Shown here piece after piece: positions 1 through 15,500 of a DNA stretch of 64,000 nt. A program made the translations under genes and the position numbers. The stretch comes from Antechinus flavipes (Eukaryota), in contig NC_067399.1 in the NCBI RefSeq assembly GCF_016432865.1, positions 61,380,001 to 61,444,000 of the forward strand, in the 5' to 3' direction. Each line of letters opens with the position of its first letter. The first letter of the stretch is position 1. Below the pieces are notes generated by a model. The model made no database searches and was not told the DNA's origin. It saw nothing but the letters and a program-made list of their open reading frames with translations.

Positions 1-7
1 CTAGGAG

Positions 8-13
8 AATAAA
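8..13 (+). terminator. AATAAA poly(A) signal, probably of the upstream convergent gene FHOD1
   Basis: AATAAA at 8-13. The FHOD1 assignment rests only on synteny (FHOD1 converges on TMEM208 in human); no FHOD1 coding sequence is in the window. Confidence 0.4.
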
Positions 14-198
14 GGTATTCCTTAACCAATCAGCTGTGCTCATTCCTGCTGGAGGGCATTTGAGCTTCTGGGGAAGGACAAGGGAGCCTGGGGCATCAGC
101 CTCTGGCCCTGCTGATCACTCAGTCTTGGCTGACGGGTGGGCTCTGGCAGGTGCCTCCCAGCGTCAACACAGATCCGTGCAGCTCCCAGCTTTGGCTT

Positions 199-204
199 TT
201 TATT
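199..204 (-). terminator. TMEM208: TMEM208 poly(A) signal
   Basis: TTTATT on + (AATAAA on -), about 190 nt past the TMEM208 stop codon. Confidence 0.7.
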
Positions 205-395
205 ATAACAAGCCAGCCCCCTTCCCCTGCCCACCCTGACCCAGTTTGTCCAGACGTCCAGGTTCCGCAGTCTCTCTCTGGAAGTCATGGGGCAGGACCC
301 AGGTGGTGGATAGGTAGGGCCTGCCCAACCCGGGAGAGCCTCGCTCAGTCCTGCTCAGTTCGGTGGCTGTGGCCGGCCCTCCGCCACCGTGCTGG

Positions 396-4058
<3,663 letters not shown>

Positions 4059-4326
4059 GGTGTCACCGAGCCACCAGCTCCGGAGCGGAGAGGGAGACGA
4101 ACGGCGGCGAAGGGCTCCAGGAAGCACCAACTCAGCAGAGAAAGCGCTCCGGGTTGGGAAAGGGGGAGGGAGGGTTAAGGGTCGGGTGTCAATGACATCA
4201 AGGCGGGCGACGGAAGTACGCTGTGCACTTCCTCCCAACGACTCCGCCCGGAGCCTCGACTGGACTACGACATCCAGCAGCCCGTGCGCGGCGGGCGGAG
4301 GCCGGGCTGGGGGAAGACTAGTGGCC
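4059..4326. promoter_or_regulatory. Bidirectional CpG-island promoter for TMEM208 and FBXL9
   Basis: Divergent start codons only 268 bp apart. CpG-rich from about 3550 to 5050. CRE-like TGACATCA 4193-4200, ETS CGGAAGT 4211-4217, and a partial ZNF143-like ACTACGACATCCAGCAG 4264-4280. Confidence 0.8.
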
Positions 4327-6315
4327 ATGGCCGAGTCGCTTCCCCCTGAGGTGAGAGTAGAGCTCACGTCCCCGGGCCTGAGGTCTCCCAGAAAACGTCC
4401 AGCCTACGCTTTAGTGTTCATATTAACGGTCAGGTCCTCAGCGGCCTCCAGCCCAATCTGCTTTCACACACCACACCCCACCCCCGCTCCGAAATGGCCC
4501 TCGTGGAAGGTGGAGGCAGCGCCGCGTGGGAGGACGGAAGAGCTGGGTTCAAATCCCATCTCGGGCACAGGCTAGACCGGCGCTTTTCCCCCGCCACAAG
4601 TCACTGCACCGCTCTGTGCCCCATTTTACTCGTTTCCCGTCCAACTCCAAACCATATATCTCCCTCTACAGGCCCCCTTCCCCCCAAAGGATCCCTACCA
4701 CCTGTCCCTCCCCCACCTCCCGCCCCTTCCAGTTGCTTCATTCACCGGGACGGAGGTAACCCCTCCCCAACCTTGTTCCCAGGTCCGGCCGGATTCCGCG
4801 GGGGCGGTAGGGAGCCTATATAAAGAATCTCAAATCCCCAGAATCCCCTACCGCGCTGGTCTGCCAAACTGGTGTTTCTGGGTAACCTTACCTACCCTCT
4901 CTCTCCCCCTCTCTTCCCCTCCCCCACCCACCCACCCCCTCACCCCCCCCCCCCCCGCCATGATTTTCCAAAGCTCCGGCAGATTCGCGTGGGCAGCAGT
5001 CGGAGGTCCGGGTTCTAGAGAAACCTGATTGGCCATCGCTCGCTTTTTTGGAGCTGCTGTAAAAATGATCTCAGGAAGGGAGGTGGCGCCATTATTGTCC
5101 TCACTTTACAGAGGAGGAAACTGAGGCCCACCGGGGGAGGGGGGAGAGGCTGGCCCAGAGTCACGCAGCTAGTAAAAGTCCGAGGCAGGACGTGAACTTG
5201 GGTCCTCTGGACACTGCCCCCGCTGGACCGCCTAGCTGCCGAGAAGTAGCCTGTGTCCCCAGAACGTGGAGGTCAGAGCTAGAAGCGACTCTGTACGGCG
5301 CTTTTCAAGGAAAGGCTTTTTGTGGGATTCATGGAGCATTCGGTGCCCCAGGAATCTCGAGAAGGCCTCATGTCTCCCTGTAAAATCGGGAAAGGGCGGT
5401 TTGCAGGGAGCTGTGCCTTCGGGGAATAATTTACTTGGAGGAACGAATGGACCTGGCCAGTCACAGCCGGCTAGGTCAAAGCGGTGACTGGAACCCAGCT
5501 CCTGGCTCGGAGGCCAGCCCTCTGTCCACAGCTGTCCGAAGTACGGAAATAGAAATGCACGGTCATCGGGAGCCCGATTAGTGACTGTTGGGCTCCAGGA
5601 AGGCTGCCCCCTAGGCTTCAGACCGCCTTGGCAGCGATGCTGAGGCAGGAAGCAAACCGGGAATGGGATGTTAAGATTTAGAAAAGGATTTTTGGGATCC
5701 AGTTAAAGGTCACAAACGTTTATAAAGCATGCACAACGGGCCAGATCCTAGACTGGGCACTGGAAACCCAAAGATGTAAAAAGGGCATAGCCTTTCCCCT
5801 CAAGGACCTTCCACTGGCTGGGGGTAATTTGACAGGCTCATAGATGAATTCTGGTACAAAATAAAGTAGCTGCTACATTGCTTTTGGTCTTCTCTATCCT
5901 GTTTCCCCACTTCCTTTTCTCATTTCCCTATCAGATCTTCTACTTCCTTTGATATATTGTCTTCTCCCATTAGACTGTAAATTCCTTGAGAGCAGAGGCT
6001 GTCTTTGTTCTGTATTTGTGTCCCTGTGCATAGCATAGTTCCTGGCACACAATAGGCACATAATAATGCTTTTTGGATGAGTAAAGTGGCAAAGGAGAGA
6101 TCTAGACAAAGAACTGAAAAAAAAAAAAAAATCCTGAGTAAAGAGATACTTTAAATCAGAGACAACAAGAACACACACACATACAGTATTTCAGGCAAAA
6201 GGAAAGCCCTTCATAAATGTCCTGAGAGAGGACAGGGCAAGAGCAAATAGAAATTAGCAAATCATTTTAGCCAGAAAAACACCTCCGCTAAATGTCTGCA
6301 TTTTTTGTTTTTTTA

Positions 6316-6362
<47 letters not shown>

Positions 6363-9300
6363 CACAGAACACAAGCAGGATTGTGCATTAGGAAGATTAT
6401 TTTGTGAGTTATGTGAAGGGTTGCCTAGAGTGAAGGGAAAATGAAGCAAAGAGACAGGGAATGAGGACTCAAGGAGAGTTTTGATGATGTTAGCAGCCTG
6501 GGGTGAAGCTGAAAAAACAGAATTCTTGAGCCTTGTCAGCTTGGAGTGAGAGAGTGAGAAAAGAGTCAAAGAGGACTATAACTTCAAGTCTGAGGGTTGG
6601 GGGAGGGGTGTGCCAGTATGGAGTGCTGGCGAGTCAGGAGTATGAGCAGGTGGAAGGGGAAAGATTGTTTTAGTTTTTCATCAGGGATAGCTGATGTGGG
6701 CTGGAGTCAGGACTATCGAACTCAGAAAAGGGGGGAAGGTGAAGCTATCAATCGGTAAAAAGCATCCCTGTAAATCACATATTTGCTCAGTTTTCAAATG
6801 TAATCTTCTCTAGGATTTATCGCATTTTTATTTGTTTCTGTTAATACTCCCCAGTTACATTTTAATCTGTTGTGGCCCGGGTAAATGGTGGTGATGTAAG
6901 AACAATGACAGCCCACTCCTTGCCCTTGCTCTCAGAGCTTCCTAAAAGGCCGGCTTTCATGGAACCTGCAAAGGGATGAGTACCTATGTTAGCCAGGAGG
7001 TGGTGCTGCCATTCGGCCACCAAACTAAGCGAGGCTCTTCAATGACCTCAGTTAACTTTCTCACAAGCTGCAGTACCCTGCTGCTCACCAGGGAGTGCTC
7101 AACCTACACACTCTCATCCAGCCACCACTACCCAACCCTCTCATACCCTCTGCTTCCCAGAATAGCTCCCACAGCCTACGGCACCCAGGACTCGGATGTA
7201 GACTGCTCTAATATTACCCAAAAAAGAAATAGCTCTGCTCTAGGGCCCTCCTCCTGCCATTAGGAAATCTACTTTCACTCTTCCAGCTTCATAAGACTTC
7301 AAGGATTGATTAAAGTCACTATAAAAATATTGTACTAGAGCAGGGAAAAAAATAATGAAACTATATCAAAACTATAAAAAAAAAAAAAGCTTCTTTGCCC
7401 TAGCTATTTCCATTTCCTCACCTCTTCCCATTTGGTGAGTGGAGAGGAAGAAGGAAGGCAACGGATTATTCATTTGGAACTTAGTTCTGATGGGAGATCT
7501 AGATCTAGGGGCTAGAACTGCCTCCTGTTCAGTTTTAGGTAGCCTTCAGTCAAGTTTAGTTTTGGTCCAGTTCGGTTTCCACTTCATACAATCCCATCCT
7601 GCTGATCTTTCACTGCCTCAGATCTCTGCCAAGACCTTCACAGTTTTCCAGGCTCTGTCCCAGCTTTTGCTATCTGCAGCTTGGGCTACTATACCTTCAT
7701 CAAGAGTGTCTGATCTCAGCCCTAGGAAAGGAAAAGAATGTATTTGGTAAACCAATCATCTCTTTATAGGAAAAGGAAAAATAAACTGGGGGGATTTAGG
7801 GAATCCTTTGTGCCTACTTACAGCTGCTCCTTACTTTGTCAGGTAACTTCCCCACAAGTTGGTAGAACTATTAGGTAGAGCCATGTATATGCTGAGTTTG
7901 AAGTTCCCACTGGGCATCCTGATGGAAATTTTCAGCTGGTAGTTAGAAATGCCAGACTGGAGTTCCGGGGAGATATTAGAACTAGATAAATAGTTTGGGA
8001 GTTGTCTGCAAGAGAGTGATATTTAAGCTTTAAAACATTCTGGAGAGCATTCCAGTAGCCCCACCTTCCTCTGAAGTGTTGTTCAGTCAAGTCTAATTCT
8101 TCATTTGGGTTTTCCTTGGCAGAAATACTGAGGTTGTGTGCTATTTCCTTCTCCAGCTCTCTTAACAGATGAGGATACTGAGGCAAACAGTAAAATGACT
8201 CACCCAGGCTCATAAAGTAGTATTTGAGACCATATCTGAATTTGGGAAGATGTCTTTCTGATTCTTAAGCCCACAGCTCTTTATTATGCCACCTAGCTGA
8301 CCCCTTCTGTTATAATCCATGACTTTGTCCTCAGCAAGGATATTTCTACTCTGTGATCCTGAAAAAGGCCCAGAGAAGAGGCAGGCTTAAATATGATCGC
8401 TAGCTCAAGTAAACAAATATTTGTAGATCATCTGCTATGTGCTGAAACTCAGAAAAGTGACAGATCCATAGGAATTAGAGTAAATAATAGATCATAGCAT
8501 ATTATAATTGGAAAGGACCTGAGAACACAAAATGTTAGAACTGGGAAGAATGTACAAATGTGGAATATTAGATATTAGAATTCTTAGATCTGTTTAAATG
8601 CTGAGTTGTTGGATCTGGAGAGAACCTTAGAAATCACTCCTAAAATTTATTATCTATCTGTATTCAAGATTGCCTTTTGCCAAAAGATTGAGTAACTTTA
8701 CATTTCTCAATGATCTTAAACTTATCTCCTAAACAAAATCCCATCTTTTAAATACTATTATCCTGCCCTCTTTGTATAGTTGTAAGTTATGGATCCAAAA
8801 ACTAAAAATGGGTATCAGAGGTAATGAGAGGCAGAAGATGGATAGGAGCAAGCTATAACCAATGCATTACAAATAAGGGACTGCAGAAGAGAACTGGAAT
8901 GAAGTATGATCATCAAAGAAATGCATGTTTTAAAAAAAATGGAGGAATAACGAACTGATGGGCACTCTGGGGGCTCTACTACTTGCCATATTGGACAGGC
9001 TTCCTGTATTCTTGTGAGAAGACATAGACCAGAGCAACCAACATAAATGGGTTGCAGCCTACATTGTTGAAAGGAAAAAAACACATCTGTGAGGCCATAG
9101 GCTCTTTTGAGAATTTTACTATATGCAAAGAAGGCTATGTGCTAAGTGACAAAAATTCAGAGATGAAAAATAGCATAATCTTTACCCACAAGAAACTTCC
9201 CAATTAATGGGCCAGAGGAGAAGGCAGCAAAATTCATACCAGTAACTATAATAGAGTAGAATGTGATAAGAGAAAAGGAAGTATTTAAGCAAAATACTGT

Positions 9301-9495
9301 AAGAATTGTGGCAACCTTCTTTCCTATTTTACAGAGGAGGAAAATGAGTCCCATTTGTTGTTGTTTAGTTGTTCAGTCCTGTCTGACTCTTCTGGACCCT
9401 ATTTGGGTTTTCCTTGGGAGAATTACTGGAGTGATTCACTATTTTCTTCTCTCCCATGTTTTATAGATGAGAAACTGAAGCAAATAGAGTTAATT

Positions 9496-9551
<56 letters not shown>

Positions 9552-12500
9552 ATGTATATAGAGAGTTCAAGGAGAACTAGCACCTCTGGTGTGAAAGCTT
9601 GCTGGGCCCTTTTCAGAGCTACTCATTCACTTTTGGTGTCTACCTGGCATTCAACTCTCACTCGAGGTTCTAAGAAGCTGAAGCATGTGCAGTGACCATA
9701 CCTTGGTAAACCATCTTGGCAGTTTGGCCAAATCAGGTTGAGGATAACTAATGTGTCCAAATCCATTGGTTAGTTAGGGGAGTAGTTTATCTGCTCTGGA
9801 AGAATGGACAGGAAAAAAAAAAAAACAATTGCTTCCAATAGCCATGAAGGTGTCAGGATCTGTGGAGCATTTAACATTTGATCAAACATCAAAGATGCCA
9901 AGGCCACCCATTGCATTTCAAGCCATCGACAGTCATCTTGACCTTTGTCTTACCAGTGAATTTCAGTGACTCTAGAAGAGAGCATGAGGCTGATGACTTT
10001 GGGCAACTCTGCCTCTTTTAAATCCAATTCAGGCACAAGTCGAGAAATTACCCCCTTGATGTCATTAGTCCTAGGAAAATACACACACACAAATATCACA
10101 CACAAGCTTTCCTAGATCCATAAAGCTACTGAGCAGCAGAACGAGGACTAGTATCAGCATAATTAAAGAGTTGAGCAGAGACTTTGGGCAGATTTTAAAA
10201 GATAATGAAAAGTGGATGCCTTGTAGACATTTTAAATTCAGCAGGTCCCAAATTGAACACAGTATTTCCCCCCCTAAATCTTCCCCACTTCCTAACTTTT
10301 CCTGTACCTGTGGTGGCCCTGACATCCTCCGAGTCTTGAAACTCAGGTGTTATTCTCCACTTCTCATTCTATCTCCCCATATCTAGTCTGCCTCCAAATC
10401 CCTTCTGTTTTACTTTTGTGATTTTTCTCATCTATAATGGCTTCTCATCTCTGGTTCTGTCACAGCTGTGGTGCAGGCCCCCATCATCTCACACCTGGGC
10501 TGTTACTGTGGCCTATTGGATCTCTCTGCCTGCTGTTTATCTCCTCTACACTTCTTAGTCCATTCAATGGCCAAAGTCACTTCCCAAAAGCTAAGTCATC
10601 CCACCCCCATTCAGTAATCTTCCTTGGCTGTCTTTTTCCTCGAAGGTCAAATATAAAATCTTTTGTTTTATTGTTAAAGCTCTTTGTAACCTTTCCTTCC
10701 TTTCCACTCTTATTGCAACTCTCTGCACTCAGTCTAGTCTACAATACAGTGATACTGGTATCTTCTATTCTTTGCACAAGGCCATCTATTTTCAACTTTT
10801 GAGTATTTTCACTGGTTTTCCCTCATGGCCAGAATGTTTTTTCTTCTTATCTTTATCTTGTAGCTTCCTTTAAATCCTCAGTAAAACTCCACTTCTGCAA
10901 GCTTTCCCCCAAACCCTTAATATTAATGCCTTCCCTCTGAAATTATTACCACTTTGTTCTGTTCAAATTTTGTTTGTATCTTGTTGTTGGGTAGCTAGGT
11001 GGTGCATACAGCATTGGGCTTGGAGTCTGGAATACTCATCTTCCAGAGTTCAAATCTGTTCTCACTCATACTGTGACCCTGAGCAAGTCATTTTACCCTG
11101 TTTTCCTCTGTTTGCTCATCTGTAAAATGAGCTGAAGAAGTAAATGACAGACCACTCCAGTATCTTTGCCAGGAAATGTGGTCATGAAGAATCAGATATG
11201 ATTGAAATGAGTGAATACCAACACCAAGTTGTTTGCATGTTTTTCCCCCATTATATTGTGAGGTAGAGAATAAAGACTAGCCTGGTATATAGTAGGAGCT
11301 TCATAAATGTTTGCTGATTTCAGAAGTGTGGACAGGGTATTCTAGGGAAGAGGAACAGCATGAACACGAGCATAATATACTCATGGGACGCTTTTTTTTT
11401 TTTTTTTTTTTTGGTTTGGTTCCATGTTCACCAAGCCATCTGATAGGATGTTATTGAGAAAACTATGGAAGAGAGGTAGAATGGCCTACTAGAAGGAATG
11501 CTAGACTTAGGGATTTGAAGCCCTGGATTTGAATCTCACTTCTGACATTTACAAGCTCTATAAACATAGGCAAATATTTACACATGACATGCAGTTATGT
11601 GTAAAATGGGGAAAAGATTGTCTAGTGCTAAAGATGAAAGTGAGAGTAGGTAAGGTACTATATAAATGACAGCTATTATTAAATAAAAGGCTTTTCTTTT
11701 CTCTTCAAATTCTTTAGTTGTGGGACCCAATAGGGAGGAGATCTGTCTGACAGGTGTCAAAGGTTGGCTTTGAAACAAGAGTGGGAGACACAGCTAGAGA
11801 ATGCTCGGACCACATTAAAAGCCATTCTGAGTTAGGACTTTTTATAGGCAGAAGGAACTATTGCAGGTTTTGAAGGGAAAATGTGATACAATGAAGGAAA
11901 TACTCTAGAAAGAGTAATCTTGTGGTAATTACTGTGACACAAATCAGGGAGAAGGTAGTCTGCGAAACCAGGAGGTTATGAAAAAACAGGTAACAAGAAC
12001 CAAGAAAGGAGGCCTTCCTCAAGAATTCAGCTTAACAAATAAACATTAATTAGAGATATCTATATGGCACAAGGGATAAATGGAGTCAGAAAGACATCTT
12101 CCTAAGTTCAAATCCAGCCTCAGACACTTACTGGCTCTATGATCCCAGACAAGTTACTTCATTCAGTTTCCTCATCTGTAAAATGAGCTGGAGAAGGAAA
12201 TGGCAAACTGCTTTAGTATTTTTGCCAAAAAACAAAACAAAAAAACCAACCAAAAACCCATCCCAAATAGGGTCACAAAGAATTGTATACAGCTGAAATG
12301 ACTGAACAACAAAGGCATTTATTACATGTGAGGCACCATAGTAAGTACTAGGAATATAAAAATGAGAAATTCTGCCCTCAAGCTTTCAAGTGAATGGAAT
12401 AAGGTGGACACAAATAAGATATCAGATAGAATTAATAAGGTAAAAGAAAAGTCTAGACAATTGTTATATGAGTTACAGAATAGGAATAGAGAGAGATATA

Positions 12501-15500
12501 GTATCAGTGTTTGGATGTGAGAAGAATTAAAACTCAAAAGAGTTTTCATGCTTATTACCTTGTATTATTTTTTATACTTGTCTTGCTTCCTCAACTAAGT
12601 TGCAAACCAAAAAGACTGGGATATGTCTTAAATCTCTTCGTCTCTTTCCCAAACTTAGTGTAGTGCTTTACACAGAGTAGGCATTCAAAAGATATATTAT
12701 TCAAGAGATATTTGCTGATAAAATAGAGAAATGGAGACCTCTTCTGGGGAACAGGAGAGACCTGAGGAATTCCATCTTCATTTTTAAATTAAGCAAGTGT
12801 CAGAATTGAGCTGACTTCTCAGCATTTGGATTCCCAGGACATCCCATTTTCCCATCCCATACCATTGCCAGGTCATTGGAGAATGCTAGAATCTCAGAGT
12901 TAGAAGAGATCTTAGCAGTCTGATCCCCGATTGAGAAGAAATGCACTTCATAACAACATCCTCAACAAGATGTCCTTCAGTACTATGGTTTCCCATATGA
13001 GTCCACTCCCTTATCTCATATTTTTGGAAGTATCTTTTTATGATTAACCCTAATCCCTGTATGATAACATTTAAGTCTCATTCCTATTTTTTCTTTCTTT
13101 AGAGAAATTAGAAAACAGTTGCTTCTCAAGCTTCTCAAAATAGTCCTTCAGAGACCAAAGAATTTATTCAGTTGGTTATCTCTCCAACCTTTTCTAGCAT
13201 CCTAAAAACTTCTCTTCCCCAGGGTATAATAACCCCAGATTTTTGTTTTGTTTTAAACAATACAATTTTACTGGTAAATGGTTTTATATCATCCATATTT
13301 CCCATATATCATTTTACTTTCTCCCAGAGAGTCATCCTTTAGAGTAAAGAATAAAAGGGGGAAAAAATCAGCAAAACTTAAAAGCATGCTGAAAAGGTTA
13401 CACACAATGTTCCACACCAATGATCCCTGACCTCTGCAAGGAAGGGAATAGGAACATATCTTCCATCCAGCTTAAAAAAAAATTAAATGTTTACTAGGTT
13501 AAAAAAACACAGTTTGAAGAAACTATGGAGATAAGAAGCTAAGACAAGGCCTCTGTCCTCAAGGAACCCACATTTTAGTAAAGGACATAAAAGACAAGCA
13601 GATTCTATAATATGCTTTGTAAGGTGGTAAGAGATTTAGAGAAAAGCTAGGGAAAGCTTTGAGGAGGGAAATAGATCTTTGAAAAAAAAAAAAAGGACAT
13701 TTAAATTTGGAAAGATTCTTAAAGATCACCTAGTTCAATTCTTATTCTGTAGATGAGAAAAGTTATTCCAGCCCTTTCAAGCTTTCCATTGGAATACCAT
13801 TTTTATAGCCCTTTCCTGTTGAATGGAAGAAAAAATTTATAGCCCTTGGCTGCTCTGCTCAACTAATTTAGTCCATGGTCATAGATTTCAAGCACTTCCT
13901 TCCCCTCCTCCCTTTTGTACCTTAAAAAATATGCTTTACTGCTTTTTGCCTCCTCGGGCTCAACTGTCCTCTGTTCCACCTCCCATCTTCATGGCAAAAG
14001 CCCTATGCTTGGTCCTTTCAAATGCATTCAAATCAACAAATATTAAGGGCTTGTTGTGTTCAAGGAACTGTGCCAGCTACTGGTGGATACAAAAGCACAA
14101 CACACAAAAAAGAAATAATCCCTTGATTTTAATATTTCATTCTAATTAGGGAAACAACATGAATATAGTCAAGTAAAAACAAAGTGATTTCAAGATTGAG
14201 AGAGTATTAATAACAATTGGAGGGATCTGTGGCTCCCACATGGAGGCTAGAGAGGAAATATTTCATAAGGAAAAAAGCTAGCAGGCCAGTTTGATTGGAA
14301 TGAGGAGTATGTGAAGGAGGGTAATAGGAAGTAAGCAGCAGATAGATTGGGAAGTATTAAATGTCAGACTATAAATTTTACATTTTAGGCTAGAGGCAAC
14401 AAAGTCACTGAAGGTTTTTATTTTTAATTGGAGATTGACATGTCCAGATCAGCATATTAGGAATGTCAATTTGGTAACTCTTCAGAAGCTGATTTAGAGA
14501 GGAGAAAATGGGGTATTGGGGTTAGGATTTGGGATAAAAATTGAGTTCAATTTTGAATACGTTGTATTGAAAATGTCTAGAAGACATCTGGTCTAGGATG
14601 TGGCAATAGGCTTTTGGAGATGTAAGACTGAAGGTTAGGGCTGCATAAGTCGATCTAAGATTAATTAGCATAGCGATGACAATGGAAGGTATGGGAACTG
14701 ATGAGATCAGAGTGTGAAATATTACTGAGGGCAAAGAGAAGAGGGGCCCCTGAGAACACCTGCAGTTAGTGGGCATGACCTACATAAAGATCCAGCAAGG
14801 GAGACTGAGAATTGGAGAGAGTAGTGTCACAGAAACCTAGAAGAAGGTTCCTCTATCAAGGAGAAAAAGGTGATTGACAATGGTAAAAGTTGCAGAGAAT
14901 TCCAATACATTTAGAAGGAAAATGCCATTCTCATCCAGAGATAGAACTATGGAGATTGAATGTGGATCAAAGCATAGTATTTTCACCTTTTTTTTTTCTT
15001 TCTTGTGATTTTTCTCCCTCTTGGTTTGATTTTTCTTGCACAACATGACAAATATGGAAATATATTTAAAAGAATTGCACATATTTAACCTATGTCATAT
15101 TGCTTGTCTTTATGGGGGGGAGATAAGGGAAGAAGAAAAATTTGAAACACAAAGTCTTTTAAAAATGAATGTTGAAAACTATCTTTACATGTATTTGGAA
15201 AAATAAAATACCATTGAAAATTTTTTTAAACAGTTGAAGAGAAATCAAGAAAAATGAGGATTGAATAAAAGTCATTAGATTTGGTGACTAAGATCATTGG
15301 TAACTTTGGAGAAAGCAGTTTCAGTGAAATGATGAAGTCAGAAGTCAGAAGAGAATTAAAAAGAGTGGGAGAGAGGCATTGTCTAGAGACAGTCTTTTGA
15401 GTTCAGCGACAAAAGGAAGAAGAGATTTGGGAAAGTAGTGAGGACAGATAAAGTGAGGGGTTTTTGAGGATAGGGGAGAGATGGAAATGTTTGTAAACAG

